Source of the DNA: Octopus sinensis
Taxonomy: Eukaryota
DNA: 64,000 nt
Assembly (NCBI RefSeq): GCF_006345805.1
Contig: NC_043015.1
Location: 7,254,001-7,318,000, forward strand
Direction of reading: 5' to 3'
Positions 54,310 through 64,000 of this stretch are shown here, piece by piece; within the stretch, counting starts at the first letter, position 1, and every line of letters begins with the position of its first letter. A program made the position numbers and the translations under genes. The notes beneath the pieces are model-generated. The model was not told where the DNA came from, did not search any database, and saw nothing but the letters and a program-made list of their open reading frames with translations.

Positions 54310-54925
54310 AGCTGGGAAGAAACGTTAGCACGCCGGGCGAAATGCTTAGCGGTATTTCGTCTGCCGTTCCGTTCTGAGTTCAAATTCCACCGGATCGACT
54401 TCACCTTTCATCCTTTCGGGGTCGATAAACTAAGTACCAGTTACGCACTGGGGTCGATGTAATCCACTTAATCAGTTTGTCTGTCCTTGTTTGCCCCTTC
54501 TGTGTTTAGCCCTTTGTGGGTAGTAAAGAAATAGGACTACTACAGCAGATAAACCTGGAGTGTTTTGGTGACGATATATGAATTAATTAAATGAGTAATA
54601 CTGGATTCGAAATTCGGCACAAGGCCAGCAGTTTTGATGTAGGTGGGAAATCGTTTATATAGACACCAGCGTTTACTTACTACTTATTTTAACAACCCCC
54701 TGACCTGATGAAAGGTAAAGTCGACCCCGGCGGAATTTGAACTCAGAGCGTAAAGCTACACGTTGGAATGTAAAATTGATTTAAAATTTTCTCCAAAATA
54801 CCAGCAATGTCAGGGAAGGGATAAGTCCATAACATCGATACCAGTATTTATTTTTATCGACCACGAAAGGATGAAAGTGAAGGAAGATCTCGGTAGAATT
54901 TGAACTCAGAACGTGAGGAAAGACG
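54310..54925. mobile_element. SINE family A cluster (54310-54533 plus; ~54600-54760 and ~54790-54925 minus)
   Basis: Family A core in both orientations. Confidence 0.85.
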
Positions 54926-56495
54926 TAGGAAAATAATATTGACAATACGTAGAAGTTAAAATAATCCTTATGTTTGCTTTCGTTGTTGCTATTGTTGTTT
55001 AAACTCAGACTAACTCTTCATATCTTTTTCACGACCTTCTGAAGTGACACTCTTTCGGGTATGTATACGTAACATGCTGACAAAGAGAAGTTATTAAATT
55101 CGTCATTACTCATTTTGTTCCACTTTAGCCAAATTATCAAAGAGAGAGAAAATTGACTTCGAATCAAACAATGAACAAAATTTTGTCAAACCTCAAAAGT
55201 TATCCGGGTATATTTTTTTTTTAGCAACCTCAGTTACAATCTAGTCAATGTTGAGAAAAATTTCCTTGAAAACAGAAATAAATAAATAAAAAACGAAAAG
55301 TACATGTCAGTTATATTTCAAACTCCCTAACCCCCTATGCTGATCAATTTTTACTCACGAAGAAGTTATAGTTGTACAAAATGGGGATACCATAATTACA
55401 ACGTAACTGAAGAAACTGAAGAAAAATAAGAAATTTATCATTTGTCCCATTTATTAATTGTGCTCCATACCTTTCTTAAAAATCAAAGGACCTGGTGTGA
55501 GCTAGCTTCTTACTCTTGGACTAGTTCCTCAATCTATTACCGTAGCAGGGGTGGGTTTAAATGAAGATAACTCGTCTTTAAAATACCAGTATATCTCAGT
55601 TATTAGGCCTAAGTTTTAATTAAATCCTAGTAATCCACTGGTAACGGACACACCTATTCCTTCCTGCTACCAGTCTTAGACCAGTACAGTGTCTGAGAGG
55701 TAATATTCCACAAATGAAACTAACAAACACTCGTTTGTAATTGACGAATTAAATGCTTCCAATGCACCAACAGTTGAAACGGTTTCCCAAGCTTACGCCA
55801 TCTTCGGAAACCTTCAGAAAGCAGTAGTCTAGCTTGACCTTGGTTCTCATGGCCTAAACAAACTAATGGGCTAAATAAAGTGCAGATCTGCATGACATGG
55901 AATAATTTATGAGCAGGGAGAAATACCGAGTTATATAGAAGGAAAAGCAATGAAAACACACAAACACACACAAGCTAATACACACACATACACAGAGAAA
56001 GACACAAACACATACAAAATATAAAATTACTTGGATAGAATTAAAATTAATATCATTGTAGCATTAATCCGTTGCAGAGCACAATTAGATATTATGTTTG
56101 TGAATTCACTAATATTCATTGATTTTGAACACCGCAGTGGACTTGATTATGCATATTTTGTGGCTTCGTGGGATATTAGATGAAGAAAGCAATCCAATTA
56201 TAATTACTTCTGCTTTCAAGTTTCTTGCTCAGCAACATATGCGGACATATGTTGAAATAATCATGTGAGAGTGTGTGTGTCTATTTGTGTGTGTGAGTGT
56301 GTGTTTTTATGTACGTATATAGAATGTACGTATGTCAGTGTGTATCTATCTATATATAGACATAAATTGATAGTCACAAAATTATGCTGATTCACACATA
56401 TACGTGCTCACGTGCACGCGAACGCACGTACATATATATACAGACACATGCGTACATATACATATTTATATGTGCTTTCATATATTTATATATCA

Positions 56496-56530
<35 letters not shown>

Positions 56531-57279
56531 AATATATTCAGAAAGCGGGAATGAAAGAGAGAGAGAGAGAGAGAGAAATAGAAAGTGAGGGAGATCCAGA
56601 CAGACAGGCAGACAGCTAGATATATAGATAGATAGATAGATAGATAGATACATAGATATAGATAGATACATAGATACAAACATGTAATCAAGTATAAACG
56701 CATACTGGTGCACACTTACATGCATACACATACATATACATAAATACGCACACAAACACCAAAACAGAATTGTGTACTGGCGAGGGAATAAAAAAAATAG
56801 TAAAACGAGAAGACCGACAACAGTAATAGCAATAACAGCAACAACAACAACAACAATGAATAAGAGAGGAAATAAAAGAAGAGAGAGTAGAACTCGTTTA
56901 GAGAACGTACATATTGAGAAGAGAGGATTTAGGTCAAAAAAAGATTTGAAAAACAGTTGAAGTGTAAAAGTAGGGCATAATTGTGATAAACTACAGGAAG
57001 AGAATATAGTTGGAGGGCATATTTAAGGTAGTAAAAAAATGGGTGGAGATCGAAATCAAGAAGGCATGAATAGAAGTGTGTAATGGCATTAGCATAAAGG
57101 GAAGAAATGGTTAGTCTTTAATTGAAAAAGTAACTGAAAACAATAGTAAAATAAAAGCATAATATGGCAGTGTAATACTCCATCGTTTAGAGTGTATTGA
57201 GTGGATGCGTTATATCGTATGTCTTTTCTGAGAAGAGAGTTCGTAGCATCTAGACATCTGGACTTGTTATATGAAGACA

Positions 57280-57530
57280 ATAGGATAAATTATTATAATC
57301 CGTTCCTAGTATATAGACTCGTAAGTCCGGTTTCCGTGGCACGCGTATTTAGCCCATGGGGTAACGCCTATACGTCGCAGGATTACTCATTTTGCCAGAT
57401 GGGTGGGCCGGAGCAGCGTGGAATGAAGTGTTTTACTCAAGAAAACAACGCATCGCCAGAGACAGTAATCGAAACCACAATCCTTACGATCATGTGTCTA
57501 ACGTCCTAACCACTAAGCTATGTGCATTCG
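57280..57530 (-). mobile_element. Degenerate tRNA/CORE-type SINE
   Basis: GAAGTGTTTTACTCAAGAAAACAACGC...AATCGAAACCACAATCC...CCTAACCACTAAGC, related to 28591-28921. Confidence 0.7.
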
Positions 57531-57635
57531 GAAGTGAAGACAATGAAAATTAGATAACTGTGCTTGTGAATGACTAAAGAAAGAACATTATATATATTAT
57601 AATATATATATATATATATATTATATGTATGTATG

Positions 57636-57780
57636 GGTGATGTCAAAATAAGCAACAAGGATATCCTTGTTGCTTATTTTGATTTTAATCACCATACTTT
57701 GAAATTCTAAGGATAATACTGTACTAAATTCTGGTGCCTCAACTTAAGTATCATATTCATCTGAATCTAATTTTTTGCTT
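57636..57780. repeat. Interspersed repeat fragment starting with a perfect 40-bp palindrome (57643-57682)
   Basis: TCAAAATAAGCAACAAGGAT|ATCCTTGTTGCTTATTTTGA; downstream part is the reverse-complement homolog of ~48215-48310. Confidence 0.9.
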
Positions 57781-58539
57781 AATTCATCTATATCTATCTA
57801 TGTGCGTGTGTGTGCTCGCGCGCACGCTCGCTCGCATCTATGCTTCAGGTTTGATGTCAAGAAAATATCCGAACTGAGGTAAATAGAAAATGGAACATGA
57901 TGAAAGAAGAGATCACAGAATGCCGAAAGCATAATTTACGCTGGGGTCGATAGGTAACTATTCATAGAGGACAGGTGACGCTGTACAGTTCCTGGATGGT
58001 ATGCAAGCTAAAGCTATCGGGAAAGTAAACTGAGATGGTCTCTCGACGATGAGAGAACCGTTTGGTTAAATGATGTGGACCAAGCCAGACAAGAAGGGCA
58101 AAATCAAAGGAAATTTGAAAAGTATAATGTCAACGATATTTTGTCGATAAAGGTGATGTATGTATGTATGTATGTATGTATGTATGTATGTATGTATGTA
58201 TGTATGTATGTATGTATGATTTTTCTATGAGTTTAATTTAAGTCTTTGAGAGTGTTCAGACCAGTTGCTAGCAAAGCAATAGTAATTTTTGAGGTAAGAG
58301 AGTTCTCAGTGTTTGTAAATATGGGGTTGAGTTGGTGTGCTGGTTGAACTATCGATGCATACAGCCAAGTGTGTGCATAAATTTACATAGGAATCACACG
58401 TGGAGAAATTTTGGAACGTCATACAGATCCACACTGTGCCACTAATAGATTTGATTTGGAGAAGCTGCGTCAGTTTGTTTTGCTCTTTTTCCTTGAAAAC
58501 GACTATTTCTAAGTTTTTGTACAAATGTATGTAAGTATG

Positions 58540-58587
<48 letters not shown>

Positions 58588-59172
58588 CATACACATAAAT
58601 GTGTGTGTGTCTCTCTGAAAGAGAGAGAGCATTTATCATAAACATTTGATATGACATTTCAGTTAAGTGCTTCTCTCACCAAAATGTCACTGGTAATTCA
58701 GCGATGGCTGCAGTGAATTAATGCAGTTATTATATCATAAACACATAGTCATCATTGCCATGTCACTTAACCCTCAATGCTTCTCTTAACACACATCTAA
58801 ATATATAAAACTCTGTGACACATCTAAATGTTAAATAGCAGGAAAATGTGAACATTAACATATGTTTAACGTGCTGAGTTTAAATAATCCAGAACATCAT
58901 ATGATATTTCAGAATGTATTGATAGTGAATTCAATGTGCCATAATTGAAACTATATACATAATCCGCTTGGATACTTTACCGAATTTACTTAAGGGATAT
59001 TTAAGTTGTAATACACCGGATCAATTGAATAATATATCTATTTTTCCTCACTTAATTAAAACTACTGAGGCCATACATGTTTAACGGTTTCAAATGTCAT
59101 TATTGAAATGCTGTTAGAGCAACATAAACGATTGATTGACTTTCATTATTGATTGCTAACAATTTCATGAAA

Positions 59173-59255
59173 TTAATCTGTGGAATTCTGGTGAATTTGT
59201 CCTTGAGAATGAAGTGAAGATAAATTAAAAACTGCCTCGTCTAAGTTTGTGCATT
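59173..59255 (-). CDS. Candidate terminal coding exon
   Basis: TACTAAC branch consensus (59282-59276), pyrimidine tract and CAG|; reads (E)CTNLDEAVFNLSSLHSQGQIHQNSTD*. Confidence 0.3.
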
Positions 59256-59664
59256 CTGATTGAGGAACAAGTGTAGTTAGTAAGAAAAGCATTACATGCC
59301 GGAAAGGAATCGAGCTTTCCTTTATGCATACATACATACATACATACATACATAGATACATACCTACATACATACACACACATATATACATACATAAGTG
59401 CGGTGATTATATCAAGAATTAGAGAGTTGCTGCTGCTAACCGAAAAGCCGAGTGGCTTAAAATAGATTAACGAAATCAACGTAAATACACATTTTTGAAC
59501 TAATTCATTTTCAAGATTGGCCTTTGCCACTGAAATAGAAAGGCTTGCCTGCATTATTACAATCTTCCTCTATTTCTCTTTTCTTTCATTTTATACATAC
59601 ATACATACATAGAAAGATAGATAGATAGATAGATAGATCCATACATACATACATACATAAATAT

Positions 59665-59711
<47 letters not shown>

Positions 59712-60861
59712 TTAAATTAATCAAAATAAAAACATGATGCCAAGGATTCAGCGGTACATATGTTTCGGGCCTTTATTAGACGGATTTATAACAATGCATA
59801 ATGTGTGTCTATGGCCTTCTTCAGCCGCGCACAACTACTACCTCAAGGACATGTATTACATCAAAAATTCTACGTTGGGGATGCAAATCCTCTCATTCGC
59901 GTACGACATAATGCGGCAACAGCATAAAAGGCGGTGCTCCAGCATGGCCACAATTATCAAGTACTCACCCTGAATATCTATATATATACTTATGTAGGTG
60001 TGTGTGTATTTGCTGTACGCAATAGAAACAGTTATTAATTTAAAACAGCTCTCTATGCATCATGCATATCGTATACACTGCCCTGACAAGCTTTTACTGT
60101 TTTTTTACTGAAATCCCTTACGGACGTGTTATTTTAGAAACAATATCTGTATATCGAACAGAGTAAAACAATAAACACAGCAGCGTCTAGCGAGAAAAAC
60201 AAATGCATTTCGGCCCTATGGGCTTTGTCAATGGCTTGTACTCGAAACAAGCTATTTGCGTAGAGAAGTTTTGTCACCCCCAGTATAGGAAGCGTTCAGT
60301 GGTATTGGAAATAGCCTCTAGGCTGAATAAACAATCCGAGATACACATTTGAATCAGTATTGAATTAAAATATTCATATATCTGTCGTCTGCAAATGTGT
60401 ACATATATATTAAATACAAGTTATTGTGGTTTTCATCCGAGATAAGATTACTTAAGAACATGCTGTATTTAAAAGAACAAAATATACCGGAGTAAGTCGA
60501 AAAATCAACATGGCAGTGGTTATGTCTATATATGATGAAATATTGTTGTGTGGACGCCCCCAGACGATGAAGTAGACTATCCCAATACGTAGATATAGAG
60601 GGAGAAGTCTAACCGTAAAGTAGACTAGAGTAGAGAGGAGTTGAATAGAGGTCATCCGAACGTGCGACATAACAAATATTAAAGTGGAACATAAAATAGA
60701 TAAACGAATAATGATAAATCAAATATGGAATACCTATCGTCAGCCTTTGAAAGAAGAATGCCCGTCGGTTAAGGACGTTTTAAGTTCAAAGTATGCATGT
60801 TTATATATACGGTCATTTATATATACATACATAGATACATACATACATACATACATACATA

Positions 60862-61270
60862 GGTGCAAGAGTGGCTGTGTAGTAAGTTGCTTGCTTACCA
60901 ACCACATGGTTCCGGTTTCAGCCCCACTGCGTGGTGCCTTGGCCAAGTGTCTTCTACTATAGCCTCGGGTCGACCGAAGCCTTGTAAGTGGATTTGGTAG
61001 ACGAAAACTGAAAGAAGCCCGTCGTATATATGCATATATATATAGATATATATGTGTGTGTTTTGTATTCGTGTTTGTACACCCAACATCGCTTGACAAC
61101 TGATGCTGGTGTGTTTACGTCCCCGTAACTTAGCGCCTCGGCAAAAGAGACCGATAGAATAAGTGCTAGGCTTACAAAGAATAAGTCCTGGGGTCTAATT
61201 GCTCGACTAAAGGCGGTGCTCCAGCCTCACCACAATTAAATGACTGAAACAAGTAAAAGTGTAAAAGAGT
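60862..61270 (+). mobile_element. SINE family B, full length
   Basis: GGTGCAAGAGTGGCTGTGTAGTAAG head through GTAAAAGAG tail. Confidence 0.92.
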
Positions 61271-62554
61271 ATACATACATACATATACATATCTATATAT
61301 TGTCTGTAAACAAAATTAGTTGTGCACAGCTGAACATCTTTGATCATCGGTCTGTTTGAACAAAGATCACAACGTGAAAAACTAGAAGCAGCTGCAAATT
61401 CATTTAGCCTCTTTCAAAATTATTCCTCAAAATTATGACCTACATTGTAAGGTAAGTTACGGACATATAGGATAACATAACATACAAAATATGCGCCTGA
61501 ATAGACGTTAGGATGGTCATGAATGGACTCTCTCCATAGAAATGATTTGAGAGGACATGTCTGAAAGTAATAAAACGGCAACAATAACATATCTCAATAA
61601 TCTGTGAACAAATTTCACCAACACTAAAACGCTTTTCCTATTTCTTTTTTGTCTGCCGTTTGACTGGTGACAATTCAATCAAATATAACACGCTGTATAC
61701 AAAATTTAACACCATACTTATCAAATATAAATCAATTTGCTTTAAATATTGTTTAAAATATTTTAAAAAGTATTACTACTGCAGATTCTGCTATGTTATT
61801 TCGAAGTTAGTGTTTGTATTGTTAAGTAGATTGTCTACAAATCTATTTAAAGTAGTAATCAGTAGCATCAGGTTATTTATTATTTTCCCAGAAACTCAGA
61901 CAGAAAAAAAAAGTATTTACAAATATATAAAAAATATATATAAAAGTGTAGGCAAATTTTAGTCCTATATAGTTATTTATGTATTTGTTTGTGTATAAAT
62001 AAAAGTATAGATATAAAAGGAACAAGTAAGAAACATTCTAAAATGGAATTTTTTTTTTTATTTTCAAACAATCAGTGTGATTGAAAGATTATGTATACAG
62101 AAACGGAGTGAACAATTGAGTAAGAGTGACTGAGGTAGATAGGGAATGTGGTTGAGAGACCAGTTGATATATATTATTATGAGAGAAACTGAACTATAAG
62201 AAATCTAAAAAATGGAAAGGAAAAATGGAATTTCTTTTGTGTGATAAGACGATAAGAAATTAAGCGAAATTTAGTTGTAGGCTTATATGGATTAAAACAT
62301 CTATCAATGTCAAGTATCTTATTTGCTTTCCATTAGGTTATATACAAGTCAACATTCGGTTTAATTAGCACTGACGGTCTCATCAATTATGTTCATTAGT
62401 TGATTAATTTTTGAACGGTTTACTTCAGCCTTGCGCCGAATTTCTATCCTTAAACACAGATGACTTCTTTAAATCTCATTAGTAAAGAAGTGGATCTTTA
62501 AAAAAATCCATTTCAAATAGAAGAGTAAAAATAACTGTATAGTGAGTGCGTGTA

Positions 62555-62590
<36 letters not shown>

Positions 62591-62648
62591 TAATTGACTG
62601 ATGGTGAGTTCGTATTTTGCATTTGTGTTCATATTCCTGTATTCTTGC

Positions 62649-62679
<31 letters not shown>

Positions 62680-64000
62680 CATATATATATATGTATGTAT
62701 GCATGTGTATACGTATGTGTGTTTGTATGTATGTGTCTATCTCTCTCTCTATATATATATATATCTATATATCTATACATATATGTATAAATACATAGAT
62801 ACATAGCGACATACACATGTGTGTGTGTGTGTGTGTGTGTGTCTGCGTCGTTTTGTCAACAAGGAAATGAAATGTAACTAAATAATTGATAATGTACATA
62901 CGACGACAAATTCAGCTTTCACTAGAATCAAATACAACATACACATACATCATGAGATTAATTTACAATCATTCAGATAAATAATTGTTTTATTTTTAGT
63001 TCAGAATACATAACACCGATGCTAAATATCATCTTTTCAGTGCTACTACATTAATCAATAAGATCGTCTGTGATGAACCGCGCAGTCAATACTAAAGACA
63101 CGGGTGTTGCTAAACGTGATACGTCTCTTGGTTTAATACCACCACCTCGACATGGCTTTGCTCAAGTGCTGTCTATATTGTTGCATGCATTGAGTCCAAG
63201 TCACCAGTCGTTGGATAATATCTGTCACAAAACTCTTAGGCTCCTAACAGTTCATTCCTTTCGAAGTATAATGAAAGGTTATACATATACATTTATATAT
63301 TTATTATAAAAGGTTACACAGACAAGATGTTACTTTTGTGTTATGTAAAATAATTTTACTATTCATATCAAAATAAGTTTCAATGTTTCTAGCATTTTCG
63401 ACGACATAATTAAAATAGATATACTTAAGTAAGGCTAGCACAAATTTCTGGAAAATGATTTGATCTGTGACCGTGGATTGAACCTAAACCAATTACAGTG
63501 CGAAAGGCACATATTAACATTTCAAAGGCATACAAAGAGAATTCACTTCCTTTAAGCATCTGTTATTTGGTGTCAATGAGCATGTTACAATTTGCGCGAC
63601 GAAATATTTTATGCTAAATAATAAACTTTTAACAATCTTTATGTGATTTTGAATAGCTAAGAAATAAATATATCAAGCGTTAAACTAATGCATTTCTTTT
63701 CCTGAGCAAGCAAAAAAAAAAAACGCATCTGCCAAGTTCTTTTGTCATTAGACTTCCTCGGCGGAATTTTGCGTTTGCACAAATAAACGACACGTGCATT
63801 ACATCTCCCAAAGCCTCATTCATTTATGCCGGAAATCGATAGAATAGAAAAAATGAAAGATTTAAAAGTGACAATGAATGACACCAGAAAATTGCCCCCC
63901 AAAAATTAATATAAGCAGCAGATGAAACTCAAGACTGTACAGATCTAGTAAAAATATGAACTAAATTATTCTTGCTCAGACTTTCAGTTTATCAAAATAT

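Noticed and set aside
57880-58150. Possible RTE-type LINE 3' remnant
   Set aside because: Too degenerate to assign by eye.
1776-63309. Most ORFs in the supplied track (poly-IY, HT, VC, poly-I/N/V/S/L)
   Set aside because: They are translations of stop-free di- and trinucleotide microsatellites or of SINE bodies.

Overview
AT-rich, microsatellite-saturated eukaryotic DNA. The SINE repertoire and (TA)n/(CA)n/(AAT)n load point to an octopus (coleoid cephalopod) genome; this is an inference, not a database hit. Almost all ORFs in the supplied track are simple-repeat artefacts, and no host gene could be named. Supported content: three tRNA-headed SINE families (more than 25 copies, some nested or inverted); decayed RLE-type (R4/Dong-like) and RTE/BovB-like LINE fragments; two mariner relics, one fused to a Tc1/DD37D-like fragment; Penelope-like fragments with hammerhead-type motifs; a fixed-length ~540-bp element found only in (AAT)n tracts; several fold-back hairpins; and compound minisatellites. 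The best host-coding candidate is a minus-strand exon at 770-1164. It has a perfect donor, encodes a 10-Cys domain, and is one base short of an in-frame signal peptide. Other minus-strand exon candidates rest on splice signals only and are low confidence. I found no convincing novel multi-gene system. Repeat boundaries are approximate.
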